This document shows, piece after piece, positions 30,565-39,654 of a stretch of 64,000 bases of DNA. Position numbers and translations under genes: made by a program. Source of the stretch: Oscillospiraceae bacterium (GTDB taxonomy: Bacteria; Bacillota; Clostridia; Oscillospirales; Oscillospiraceae); NCBI GenBank assembly GCA_020025175.1, contig JAHHSM010000002.1, positions 6,984-70,983 on the forward strand. The letters are read 5' to 3'. Position 1 is the stretch's first letter; each line of letters begins with the position of its first letter. The notes beneath the pieces were generated by a model. It saw only the letters and a program-made list of their open reading frames with translations. It made no database searches and had not been told where the DNA came from.

Positions 30565-30582
30565 TTTCAAGATGATTTCAAT

Positions 30583-30616
30583 AAAAAAACCTGCACCACA
30601 GCGGTGCAGGTTTTTA
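30583..30616. terminator. Bidirectional terminator
   Basis: AAAAAAACCTGCACC-ACAGC-GGTGCAGGTTTTT between convergent genes. Confidence 0.8.
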
Positions 30617-30624
30617 TTTTGCCG

Positions 30625-31224
30625 TTACTGATGGACCCAGATGGGAAGAGCTTCAAAACTCTTCGTTTTTCCCTGATAGGGAAAGGTAATTTTACAGGAA
30701 TAGAGCATCGGTACTGCGGAACTGTCACGGGAGCCGTATTTATGATCGCCCACCAATGGAAATCCACGGCTTGCAAACTGCACACGGATTTGATGGCTGC
30801 GCCCGGTATGCAGCCGAATGCGCACAAGGGAAGTTTCTTCTTCTGTGGCAAGGCGCTGAAACTCCAGCCGTGCTTTTTTGACGCCGCCGCGTATCCGCTT
30901 TACAACAAATACTTTATTTTTTCTGGAATCTTTCCACAAAAGATCTTCCCAGTCGCCGCACTTCGGTGGTGTGCCGTGTACCCTTGCCACATATTCTTTT
31001 ACCATTGTACCTTCCTGGATGGCACGGGACAGGGCGGCGGCAGCGGTTTTTGTGCGTGCGTAAACCATCACACCGCCTACATTCAAATCAAGGCGATGCA
31101 CTGTATAAATTGCACCGCCTAAATCTTCCTGCAACGCCGCAGGCACCTGCGTCTCGGCATCCAACCCCACGGGCTTGAGACAAACGGCGATGTTTTTGTC
31201 AGAATATAGAAGTTCCACGAGCAA
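30625..31224 (-). CDS. RluA-family pseudouridine synthase (short form, no S4 domain)
   Basis: Catalytic motif VHRLDLNVGGVMVYA and HTGRSHQIRVQFA. Confidence 0.8.
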   Translation of the reverse strand: MLVELLYSDKNIAVCLKPVGLDAETQVPAALQEDLGGAIYTVHRLDLNVGGVMVYARTKTAAAALSRAIQEGTMVKEYVARVHGTPPKCGDWEDLLWKDSRKNKVFVVKRIRGGVKKARLEFQRLATEEETSLVRIRLHTGRSHQIRVQFASRGFPLVGDHKYGSRDSSAVPMLYSCKITFPYQGKTKSFEALPIWVHQ

Positions 31225-31383
31225 TCCTCCCGAAATAAAAATAGCCTAATTGCAGCATAGCTATCATACAATACAGGGATGTCCATTGCAAGCTATGTTC
31301 CGGCAGGCTGCTGTTTTTGGCAGTCCTTGACAGTTTCCTGCAACATGGGTATCATGACACTATACTAGATAGGAGGGAATCTC

Positions 31384-32457
31384 ATGCTTTCCAAAAAGTA
31401 TATTCTGACAGGCGCGCTGGCAATCGTATTGGCTGCTTTCGCTTTGGCCGGCTGCGCACACAACAGCAGCTATATAATGCCTTCCGGTGAAGACGGCACA
31501 TCTGCCTCAGAAAATGTACCGCCACCCTATACCGGTCCCATCAATCCCTTAACAGGGCTTCCGCTGGAAAGGGGTTCGGTGAACGATCGTCCGATTGCCG
31601 TTATGCTGAACAATTTAAAAAAAGCCACACCCCAAAAGGGGGTTTCTCAGGCGGATATTATTTATGAAGTTCCTGCCGAGGGCGGCATTACCCGCATGCT
31701 CGCTGTATATCAAAATGCAGAGAATGCAGGGGAGATTGGATCAGTGCGATCTTCACGTCCTTATTATCTGGAACTGGCACTGGGACACGATGCCATCTAC
31801 CTTCATGCCGGCGGCAGTCCTGATGCATATGAAAAAATCAAGGCCTGGAATGTTACCGCTTTGGACTGTGTGAGAGGCCCTTATGAAGGTTCTCTGTTCT
31901 GGCGCGATGCCCAGCGCCGCAGAACCATGGGGTATGAGCACAGCGTGCTCACCTCCGGCACTGCCATTGCCGACTATTTTCCCACATACTCTTTCCGCAA
32001 GACCCACGAGAATGGATATACTTATAATATGACTTTTAAAGAGGACGGCACACCGGAAGAAGGGCAGCTTGCCCAAACTGTCACGGTACCCTTTTCTCAC
32101 TATAAAACAGGTTCCTTTCAGTATGATGAGCAGCGTGCCTGCTATCTTGTATCGCAATATAATGCACCCTATGTGGATGGGAATACCGGCGAGCAGGTGG
32201 GTGTGGACAACCTGTTGATTTTGAAAACAGCCTGTGAAGTGATTCCCGGAGACGACCATGGCCGTCTCACGGTCAATCTAACCTCCGGTAAAGGATTTTA
32301 CGCCTGCGGCGGGAAATACATTCCCATCACCTGGCAAAAGCGCGGCCGAAATCAGCCCCTGTATTATTACACTACAGATGGCCGGCAGATCTCTTTGCAG
32401 CAAGGCAGCAGCTACGTGTGCATTGTGCCCATCAGCAGCGAGGTTACATTTTCCTGA
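31384..32457 (+). CDS. DUF3048 domain lipoprotein (YerB-like)
   Basis: Lipobox LAGC. The segment RPIAVMLNNLKKATPQKGVSQADIIYEVPAEGGITRMLAVY is the DUF3048 signature. Confidence 0.8.
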   Translation: MLSKKYILTGALAIVLAAFALAGCAHNSSYIMPSGEDGTSASENVPPPYTGPINPLTGLPLERGSVNDRPIAVMLNNLKKATPQKGVSQADIIYEVPAEGGITRMLAVYQNAENAGEIGSVRSSRPYYLELALGHDAIYLHAGGSPDAYEKIKAWNVTALDCVRGPYEGSLFWRDAQRRRTMGYEHSVLTSGTAIADYFPTYSFRKTHENGYTYNMTFKEDGTPEEGQLAQTVTVPFSHYKTGSFQYDEQRACYLVSQYNAPYVDGNTGEQVGVDNLLILKTACEVIPGDDHGRLTVNLTSGKGFYACGGKYIPITWQKRGRNQPLYYYTTDGRQISLQQGSSYVCIVPISSEVTFS

Positions 32458-32476
32458 AACCCATGAAAAAATTTTG

Positions 32477-32513
32477 CAGCGATACCGTATTCATGCGGTA
32501 TCGCTGTTTTTTT
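32477..32513 (+). terminator. Rho-independent terminator
   Basis: CAGCGATACCG-loop-CGGTATCGCTG followed by T7. Confidence 0.8.
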
Positions 32514-32515
32514 CA

Positions 32516-32544
32516 GCATAATCCATGTCTTTTTCTCATAGACT
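32516..32544 (+). promoter_or_regulatory. Candidate sigma-E-type promoter of spoIIID
   Basis: GCATAAT-N14-CATAGACT compared with the Bacillus sigma-E consensus kmATATT-N14-CATACAhT. It lies about 30 nt upstream of the spoIIID start. Confidence 0.35.
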
Positions 32545-32574
32545 GAAACAGTAAGAGGCAGGGAGTGTTGTTTT

Positions 32575-32703
32575 TTGAAAGGAAACATCGAGGAGCGTGC
32601 GATTACGCTTGCTCAATACATTATAGAGAATCGGGCCACTGTCCGCGCCGCCGCTAAACAATTCGGCATCAGTAAGTCTACCGTACATATGGTAATATAT
32701 TAA
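32575..32703 (+). pseudogene. spoIIID: spoIIID 5' segment (codons 1-38 plus 4 element-derived codons and a stop)
   Basis: The TTG start gives MKGNIEERAITLAQYIIENRATVRAAAKQFGISKSTVH, which aligns with B. subtilis SpoIIID residues 1-38 (..KERTIKIGKYIVETKKTVRVIAKEFGVSKSTVH). It then continues MVIY* and is broken inside the HTH recognition helix. Confidence 0.9.
32678..32689. repeat. attL core (CTACCGTACATA)
   Basis: The 12-bp sequence is identical to 47048..47059 and lies exactly at the point where SpoIIID similarity stops. Confidence 0.85.
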
Positions 32704-32770
32704 TGGAACGGTTTAATTGCAAGCTCACCCAGTTATTTTTCAGATTGTGAAGAATCTTATATTGTTCAAC

Positions 32771-32814
32771 AAGACTCACTGCCGAAGACCACCGGCAGTG
32801 AGTCTTTCTTTTTT
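32771..32814 (+). terminator. Rho-independent terminator just inside the left end of the element
   Basis: 14-bp stem AAGACTCACTGCCG/CGGCAGTGAGTCTT followed by a T-run. It would terminate the truncated spoIIID transcript and, in a circularised element, the recombinase gene. Confidence 0.8.
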
Positions 32815-32857
32815 ACTAAAATAATCAATCGGCGTGATTGCAAAACTCAAATATAAA

Positions 32858-32886
32858 TTGATTTTCAAGACAGCTCATAATATAAT
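32858..32886 (+). promoter_or_regulatory. Sigma-A-type promoter for the XRE-hsdMSR operon
   Basis: TTGATT-N17-TATAAT, 48 nt upstream of the XRE start. Confidence 0.55.
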
Positions 32887-32933
32887 CAATATGGATACAA
32901 ATATGCGTTCAGAAACCAAGCAGGAGGTATAAA

Positions 32934-33158
32934 ATGGCTGTCTGCTATAACAAATTATGGAAAATTTTAATTGATAAACATATGAGCAAAACGCAGCTGA
33001 TCAAGGAAGCAAAAATCAGTACCAATGCCATGGCACGATTAGGAAAAAATGAGGATGTTCGTGTGGAGGTACTTGTAAAAATTTGCAGTGTTTTGGGATG
33101 TACAATAGATGATATTATGGAAATCATTCCAGAAAAAAAGGAGAATGGAAATGGCTGA
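32934..33158 (+). CDS. XRE/Cro-type helix-turn-helix protein (possible controller of the RM operon)
   Basis: 74 aa with the [48 protein letters not shown]. Its 3' end overlaps the hsdM start by 8 nt. Confidence 0.8.
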   Translation: MAVCYNKLWKILIDKHMSKTQLIKEAKISTNAMARLGKNEDVRVEVLVKICSVLGCTIDDIMEIIPEKKENGNG

Positions 33159-34713
33159 TATAAAGAAAGAGCAGGAACGGGACGAGCTGCACCGTGCGAT
33201 TTGGGCAATTGCTGACGAATTGCGTGGCAGCATTGATGGCTGGGATTTTAAGTCCTATGTGCTGGGCATGATGTTTTACCGCTACATCTCGGAGAACCTG
33301 ACCAACTATCTGAACGCCGACGAGATGGAGGCCGGTAACGAGGACTTCAACTACGCCGATCTCTCTGATGAGGATGCGGAGATGGCCCGTGAGGACATGG
33401 TGCAGACCAAGGGCTTTTTCATTCTTCCCTCTGAGCTTTTCTGCAATGTGCGGAAAAATGCCGCCCACGACGAAAATCTGAATATGACGCTGGAAGCTGC
33501 GTTCCGCCATATTGAGGAATCCGCAAAGGGCAGCGAGAGCGAGGATAACTTCTCCGGTCTGTTCGATGATATTGATGTGAACAGCAACAAGCTGGGTGCG
33601 ACCGTTGCCAAGCGCAACGCCAAGTTGGTCAAGCTGATGGACGGCGTGGCTGACATGAGACTGGGCAACTATCAGGACAACAGCATTGACGCCTTCGGTG
33701 ATGCCTATGAATATCTCATGGGTATGTACGCCTCCAATGCAGGCAAGTCCGGCGGCGAGTTCTTCACTCCGCAGGAGGTGTCTGAGCTGTTGACTCGGAT
33801 TGCCGTGGTGGGCAAAACGGAAGTCAACAAGGTTTATGACCCTGCTTGCGGTTCCGGCTCTCTGCTGCTGCAAGCTGCCAAGATTCTGGGAAAGGAGAAT
33901 GTGCGTCAGGGCTTCTTTGGTCAGGAGATCAACTTGACTACTTACAACCTGTGCCGAATCAATATGTTCCTCCATGATATTGGCTATGATAAATTTGACA
34001 TTGCCCATGAGGATACCCTGATGACCCCCCAGCACTGGGATGATGAACCCTTCGAGGTCATCGTTTCCAATCCTCCGTATTCCATTAAGTGGGAGGGCGA
34101 TGATAACCCGGTGCTCATCAACGATCCCCGTTTCTCTCCTGCCGGAGTACTTGCGCCGAAATCGAAAGCCGATCTTGCATTTATCATGCACGCTTTGGCA
34201 TGGCTGGCGACCAACGGCACCGCCTCCATCGTCTGCTTCCCCGGCATCATGTACCGTGGCGGTGCAGAAAAGAAGATCCGCCAGTATCTCATTGATAACA
34301 ACTTCATCGACTGCGTGATCCAGCTGCCCGGCAACCTGTTCTATGGCACCTCCATCGCTACCTGCATCATGGTGCTGAAAAAGAACAAGCAGGACAACAG
34401 CACCCTGTTCATCGACGCCTCCAGGGAGTTTGTGAAGGTCACAAACAACAATAAGCTGACCGAGGAAAACATCAGCAAGATCGTGGCTGAATTTGCGTCA
34501 CGGGAGGATGTGGACTACTTTGCCCGCTGTGTTTCTTGGGACGAGATCAAAGAACAGGACTATAACCTGTCCGTCAGCACCTATGTGGAGCAGGAGGACA
34601 CACGGGAAGTCATTGATATTACGAAACTCAACGCTGAGATTAAGGACATCGTTGCCCGTGAGCAGATTCTGCGAGATGAGATTGATAAGATCGTGGCAGA
34701 AATCGAGGGCTGA
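33151..34713 (+). CDS. hsdM: Type I restriction-modification system, N6-adenine DNA methyltransferase subunit
   Basis: HsdM N-terminal domain ([14 protein letters not shown]), AdoMet motif [11 protein letters not shown] and catalytic VSNPPYS. The ATG lies 7 nt after AAAAAGGAGA. Confidence 0.92.
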   Translation: MADIKKEQERDELHRAIWAIADELRGSIDGWDFKSYVLGMMFYRYISENLTNYLNADEMEAGNEDFNYADLSDEDAEMAREDMVQTKGFFILPSELFCNVRKNAAHDENLNMTLEAAFRHIEESAKGSESEDNFSGLFDDIDVNSNKLGATVAKRNAKLVKLMDGVADMRLGNYQDNSIDAFGDAYEYLMGMYASNAGKSGGEFFTPQEVSELLTRIAVVGKTEVNKVYDPACGSGSLLLQAAKILGKENVRQGFFGQEINLTTYNLCRINMFLHDIGYDKFDIAHEDTLMTPQHWDDEPFEVIVSNPPYSIKWEGDDNPVLINDPRFSPAGVLAPKSKADLAFIMHALAWLATNGTASIVCFPGIMYRGGAEKKIRQYLIDNNFIDCVIQLPGNLFYGTSIATCIMVLKKNKQDNSTLFIDASREFVKVTNNNKLTEENISKIVAEFASREDVDYFARCVSWDEIKEQDYNLSVSTYVEQEDTREVIDITKLNAEIKDIVAREQILRDEIDKIVAEIEG

Positions 34714-34716
34714 GAT

Positions 34717-35877
34717 ATGAGCAGATTAGAAGAACTGATTCAGGAGCTTTGCCCCGATGGGGTGGAATATAAGAACTTAGAGAACATTTTGACAATAAAA
34801 AATGGAAGAGATTACAAGCATCTAACAGAAGGTGTTGTTCCCGTCTATGGTTCTGGTGGAATTATGACATATGTTAATCAAGCGATATATGATAAACCGT
34901 CTGTGCTTATTCCTCGAAAAGGGTCTCTTGATAAACTATACTATGTAGATGTTCCATTTTGGAATGTCGATACCATATTTTACACAGATATCAACCTAAC
35001 TGTTGCCTTGCCTAAATATGTTTATTATTATTTGCAAAGTCAACATCTAGAACGGCTTAATAAAGCCGGAGGAGTCCCCAGCCTTACACAAGCTGTGCTA
35101 AACAAGGTTAAAATTCCCGTTCCCCCTCTGCCTGTACAGGCTGAAATTGTCCGTATTTTGGACAATTTCACGGAACTGACGGCGGAACTGACGGCGGAAC
35201 TGACGGCGAGAAAGAAGCAGTATGAGTATTATAGGGATAAACTGCTAACCGTTGATAACAATGTTGAACATGTTACTATTGGTGATGTTGCAACTGTAAC
35301 AAAATTGGCGGGATTTGAATTTACCAAATATGTAAAATATACAGAGACTGGAAATATTATAGCCTTAAGAGGATTGAATGTTAAAGCTGGAAAACTTGAT
35401 TTGATGGATGTGAAATATATTGATGGTAGCGATTTATCTAAATTAACTAGAAGCAAACTTCATGTCGGTGACATGCTGTTTACTTATGTGGGTACCATCG
35501 GTCAAGTTGCACTTGTTGACGAAGAAGATAAATACTATTTAGCTCCCAATGTTGCGCTTATTCGCTCTACTGACGAGCAACTTTTGCCTCAATTTATGAG
35601 ATATTATTTTCAGAGTGGGGAGTTCTGGAAAACACAGATAAACCGTCTGTTACAATCGTCCTCTATGCAGAATATACCTATGGAGAAAATTCGGAAATTT
35701 ATTATCCCCCTCCCCCCTCTTTCTGAGCAAGAACGCATTGTCTCCATCCTCGACCGCTTCGACACCCTTTGCAATGACCTGACTTCCGGTCTGCCTGCCG
35801 AAATCGAAGCCCGCCAGAAGCAATACGAATACTACCGAGACAAGCTGCTGAGCTTTCAGGAGGTGAAAGGCTCATGA
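34717..35877 (+). CDS. hsdS: Type I RM specificity subunit (type IC-like)
   Basis: Two target-recognition domains are separated by conserved helices that repeat RKKQYEYYRDKLL / RQKQYEYYRDKLL. The central region is ELTAELTAELTA. Confidence 0.92.
   Translation: MSRLEELIQELCPDGVEYKNLENILTIKNGRDYKHLTEGVVPVYGSGGIMTYVNQAIYDKPSVLIPRKGSLDKLYYVDVPFWNVDTIFYTDINLTVALPKYVYYYLQSQHLERLNKAGGVPSLTQAVLNKVKIPVPPLPVQAEIVRILDNFTELTAELTAELTARKKQYEYYRDKLLTVDNNVEHVTIGDVATVTKLAGFEFTKYVKYTETGNIIALRGLNVKAGKLDLMDVKYIDGSDLSKLTRSKLHVGDMLFTYVGTIGQVALVDEEDKYYLAPNVALIRSTDEQLLPQFMRYYFQSGEFWKTQINRLLQSSSMQNIPMEKIRKFIIPLPPLSEQERIVSILDRFDTLCNDLTSGLPAEIEARQKQYEYYRDKLLSFQEVKGS
35171..35206 (+). repeat. Perfect 3 x 12-bp tandem repeat (CGGAACTGACGG) in the hsdS central conserved region
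   Basis: Read directly from the sequence. It encodes T(ELTA)3, the TAEL-type spacer of type IC HsdS. Confidence 0.95.
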
Positions 35878-38800
35878 GTACCTACAACATCGTGCTTTCT
35901 ACCAGTGAAAGCACCGTCGTAACTGAATATGAACCCCAGACCAAGCGCTCCGATGCATACCAGAGCGAGGCGGCGTTGGAATCTGCCTTCATCAAAATGC
36001 TGACCGAGCAGGGCTATGAGCATATCACCATTCATGATGAAGCAGGTCTGGTAGAGAATCTCCGTCGACAGCTGGAACGGCTCAATCAGTTTCGCTTTAC
36101 GGACAAGGAGTGGGACCGTTTTTTCAAGGATAAGATTGCCAATCAGAACGAAGGTATCGTTGAAAAGACCCGTAAAATGCAGGAGGATCATGTCCAGAAC
36201 CTGATTCGGGAGGACGGTACCACCATGAACATCTCCCTGATTGACAAGAAAAACATCCACAACAACCGCTTGCAGGTCATCAATCAGTATGAGATGGGAC
36301 AAGCAGAGGGCGCCAAGTACGACAACCGCTATGATGTGACCATCCTGGTCAACGGTCTGCCCCTTGTCCATGTGGAGCTGAAACGCCGTGGCGTGGCTCT
36401 GAAAGAGGCTTTCAACCAGATCAACCGCTATCAGCGGGACAGCTTCTGGGCCGGGTCTGGGCTCTATGAGTATGTCCAGATCTTCGTGATCTCCAACGGT
36501 ACCCACACCAAATATTATTCTAATACCACCCGGTTCAGCCACATCAAGGAGAACGAAGGTAGCCAACGCAGCCGCAGCAAAAAGACATCCAACAGCTTTG
36601 AGTTCACCAGCTTCTGGGCGGACGCAAACAACCATACTATTCCTGATCTTGTGGACTTCACCAAGACTTTTTTTGCCAAACACACCCTGCTGAACATCCT
36701 GACAAGGTACTGCGTATTCACCTCTGAGGAACTGCTGCTGGTCATGCGACCCTATCAGATTGTAGCGACTGAGCGAATTCTGAACCGCATTGAGGTATCC
36801 ACCAACTACAAAAAGATGGGTACGCTGGAAGCCGGTGGCTACATCTGGCACACCACCGGCAGCGGCAAGACCCTGACCTCTTTTAAGACGGCCCAGCTTG
36901 CCACCAGACTGCCCTACATCGACAAGGTGCTGTTCGTGGTGGACCGTAAGGATCTGGACTACCAGACCATCAAGGAATACGATCGCTTTGAAAAGGGGGC
37001 AGCCAACGGAAACAAGAGCACGGCGGTCTTGCAGCGTCAGCTGGAGGACACCACCTCGAAGATCATCGTGACCACCATCCAGAAGTTGGATGTGTTCATC
37101 ACCAAGAATCCCCAGCATCCCATTCGGGACAAGCACATTGTTCTGGTGTTTGATGAATGTCACCGCAGCCAGTTCGGAGATATGCACAGCCGTATTGTGG
37201 GCGGCATCATCAAAAAAGGCGAAAAGGTTATCAAGGTGGATCGTTACTTCAAGAACTACCATATTTTCGGCTTCACCGGAACCCCGATTTTCTCCGTCAA
37301 TGCCGGCACCGGGCGCAACCCAAACCTTCGGACCACCGCCCAGGCCTTTGGTGATAAGCTCCATACTTACACGATTGTGGATGCGATCAACGACGGAAAT
37401 GTGCTGCCCTTCCGCATCGACTACATTGATACGGTGAAGCAGAAGGATGGTCGAAAGGATAAGCAGGTAAAGGGCATCGACACGGAAGAAGCTCTGTCTG
37501 CACCGGAGCGGATCACAGAAGTTTCCAAGTATATTCTGGAACACTTCAACCAAAAGACCGTCCGTAATTCTTATTACAGCCTCAAGGGTCAGCGGGTAAA
37601 CGGATTCAACTCCATGTTTGCTGTTAGCTCCATCCCTGTATGCAAGAAATATTATCTGGAACTGAAAAAGCAGATTGCCGAACAGCACCGAGATCTGACC
37701 ATTGCCACGATTTTCTCCTTTGCTCCCAACGAGGAGGACAGTGCAGACGGCATTCTGGACAACGAGAGCTTTGACACGGACGGTTTGGATCAGAACTCCC
37801 GTGACTTTTTGGAAATGGCCATTGATGATTACAACAAGAAGTTTAAGGCCAACTTCGACACCTCCAGCAAGGGCTTTCAGGACTATTACAAGGATCTCTC
37901 GGACAAGGTGAAAAAGCGCCAGGTAGATCTGTTAATCGTGGTCAATATGTTCCTCACCGGCTTCGACGCTACCACTCTCAATACTCTGTGGGTTGATAAA
38001 AACTTGAAAATGCACGGCTTGATTCAGGCGTTTTCCAGAACGAACCGCATTCTGAACTCCGTCAAGACCTTTGGCAATATCGTCTGTTTCCGCAATCTGG
38101 AACAGGAAACCAATGATGCCATTGCTCTGTTCGGTGACAAGGATGCAAATGGTATTGTTCTCCTCAAATCTTATGAGGATTATTACTTTGGCTGCACCGA
38201 TGATAAAGGCAGAGATTTACCAGGCTATGAGGATCGAGTGGAAGAACTGCTGCATCGTTTCCCTTTGGGTCAGCCCATCATTGGCGAGCAGAACGAAAAG
38301 GATTTCATTGTCCTATTCGGCAATATCCTTCGCCTCCGCAATATCCTGTCAGCCTTTGACCGCTTTGCTGGGAATGAGCTTCTGGCACCCATTGACTTCC
38401 AGGACTACACCGGTATGTATCATGACCTCCATGAGAAATACAAGCGTCCCGATGGTGAGAAAGACAGTATTCTGGACGACGTTGTCTTTGAAATGGAGCT
38501 GGTCAGGCAGGTAGAGGTCAACATCGACTACATTCTCATGCTGGTGGCCAAGTATCACGATGGCAACTGTGAGGACAAGGAAATTCTGGTGGCAATCGAT
38601 AAGGCGATCAAGTCCAGCTTGCAGCTTCGCTCTAAAAAGGAACTCATTGAGCACTTCATTGATACCATCAATACCAGTACGGACGTCAATTCCGATTGGG
38701 CCAAATTCGTCCGTGAGCAGCGAGAAACAGATATTGCAGAGCTGATTCAGACCGAGAAGCTGAAGCCGGAAGAAACCAGAAAATTTGTGGATAACGCTTT

Positions 38801-38978
38801 CCGTGATGGTGTTCTGAAAACCACGGGAACTGATGTAGATCAGATCTTGCCGCCTGTCTCCCGTTTCAGCGGTGGTGGTAAGCGAGTGCAAAAGAAGCAG
38901 ACCGTCATTGAAAAGCTGAAAGCATTTTTTGAGAAGTATTTTGGACTGCTAAGTACGGATGACCGGATTATAAAATAA
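35874..38978 (+). CDS. hsdR: Type I restriction enzyme R subunit (endonuclease/translocase)
   Basis: 1034 aa with SF2 helicase motifs (TTGSGKTLTS, VFDECHRSQFG) and a size typical of type IC HsdR. The ATGA overlap with hsdS indicates coupling. Confidence 0.92.
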   Translation: MSTYNIVLSTSESTVVTEYEPQTKRSDAYQSEAALESAFIKMLTEQGYEHITIHDEAGLVENLRRQLERLNQFRFTDKEWDRFFKDKIANQNEGIVEKTRKMQEDHVQNLIREDGTTMNISLIDKKNIHNNRLQVINQYEMGQAEGAKYDNRYDVTILVNGLPLVHVELKRRGVALKEAFNQINRYQRDSFWAGSGLYEYVQIFVISNGTHTKYYSNTTRFSHIKENEGSQRSRSKKTSNSFEFTSFWADANNHTIPDLVDFTKTFFAKHTLLNILTRYCVFTSEELLLVMRPYQIVATERILNRIEVSTNYKKMGTLEAGGYIWHTTGSGKTLTSFKTAQLATRLPYIDKVLFVVDRKDLDYQTIKEYDRFEKGAANGNKSTAVLQRQLEDTTSKIIVTTIQKLDVFITKNPQHPIRDKHIVLVFDECHRSQFGDMHSRIVGGIIKKGEKVIKVDRYFKNYHIFGFTGTPIFSVNAGTGRNPNLRTTAQAFGDKLHTYTIVDAINDGNVLPFRIDYIDTVKQKDGRKDKQVKGIDTEEALSAPERITEVSKYILEHFNQKTVRNSYYSLKGQRVNGFNSMFAVSSIPVCKKYYLELKKQIAEQHRDLTIATIFSFAPNEEDSADGILDNESFDTDGLDQNSRDFLEMAIDDYNKKFKANFDTSSKGFQDYYKDLSDKVKKRQVDLLIVVNMFLTGFDATTLNTLWVDKNLKMHGLIQAFSRTNRILNSVKTFGNIVCFRNLEQETNDAIALFGDKDANGIVLLKSYEDYYFGCTDDKGRDLPGYEDRVEELLHRFPLGQPIIGEQNEKDFIVLFGNILRLRNILSAFDRFAGNELLAPIDFQDYTGMYHDLHEKYKRPDGEKDSILDDVVFEMELVRQVEVNIDYILMLVAKYHDGNCEDKEILVAIDKAIKSSLQLRSKKELIEHFIDTINTSTDVNSDWAKFVREQRETDIAELIQTEKLKPEETRKFVDNAFRDGVLKTTGTDVDQILPPVSRFSGGGKRVQKKQTVIEKLKAFFEKYFGLLSTDDRIIK

Positions 38979-38985
38979 CTGTAAT

Positions 38986-39132
38986 CTATACACAGACTCT
39001 ACTGCACCCAATCTTTGCCTCATACACAGCTGCATGATTCTCATAGACCACAAACATATCTACAGGAAGGTTTGTCTCTGTACTTTTAAAGACAGGCTCT
39101 TCATAGAAGAATTCATCCACATTGATATTCAT
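38986..39132 (-). CDS. Hypothetical small protein (48 aa)
   Basis: ORF MNINVDEFFYEEPVF... preceded by AAAGGAA. No recognisable family; it may be a gene fragment. Confidence 0.25.
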   Translation of the reverse strand: MNINVDEFFYEEPVFKSTETNLPVDMFVVYENHAAVYEAKIGCSRVCV

Positions 39133-39342
39133 TTTTTTAATTCCTTTCAATACGATATTTGAAAGCAAAAAAGCGCAGTACAGGTCATACTCCTATACTA
39201 CGCGAGAATATCATAGTCCATTGTTGCGCCAAGCATCGAAAAAGCGTATATTAATCCTGTCGGCGCGGGGAATCCCGTTGTATAGATAGAAAGCTTAACC
39301 TCAATAAATAGATACATTCGGAAAAATGGGTCACATCCAGAG

Positions 39343-39371
39343 TTGACAGCATATTCAATGCGTGGTATTAT
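39343..39371 (+). promoter_or_regulatory. Strong sigma-A-type promoter
   Basis: TTGACA-N17-TATTAT. Confidence 0.55.
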
Positions 39372-39377
39372 CCCCCA

Positions 39378-39461
39378 TAAATTACGAAGTATGATTAACC
39401 AAACGAAGACATTTGCGAAAAAGACAGTTATTCCATTTCATGGGTATAACTGTCTTTTTTT
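39378..39461 (+). ncRNA. Candidate small RNA or attenuated leader (about 85 nt)
   Basis: The near-consensus promoter is followed within about 45 nt by a terminator, AGACAGTTAT-loop-ATAACTGTCT plus T7. Only a weakly initiated ORF lies inside. Confidence 0.3.
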
Positions 39462-39548
39462 ATATTTATATTTTCATATCCCCGCGCTCCATCGCTGGAA
39501 AATTATTTAAATCGAATTTTCTGATTTTTAATATAGGAGGTGATGTGT

Positions 39549-39653
39549 ATGCTGTATTTTTTAATTTTTTCTTATAATGTTTTTAATCAGCATACTTGTC
39601 CTTTGATGTACGCCTCTAGCGATGAGATTCCAAGCTGTATAAGCGTTGGTTGA
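39549..39653 (+). CDS. Possible 34-aa upstream peptide coupled to the HTH gene
   Basis: The ATG lies 6 nt after AGGAGGTGA. The product is MLYFLIFSYNVFNQHTCPLMYASSDEIPSCISVG. Its stop TGA lies 1 nt before the ATG of the next gene. Confidence 0.25.
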   Translation: MLYFLIFSYNVFNQHTCPLMYASSDEIPSCISVG

Positions 39654-39654
39654 T

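Noticed and set aside
29329-30570. 413-aa ORF on the minus strand covering the whole cofE-like gene
   Set aside because: This is a mirror ORF antisense to a gene with a clear RBS and recognisable family motifs. Its product is low-complexity with no motif. The same reasoning rejects the other long antisense ORFs at 35856..37688, 33124..34191, 49689..51419, 18188..19396, 26892..28319, 4952..5983, 53230..54210, 6586..7263, 12182..12880 and 15743..16483.
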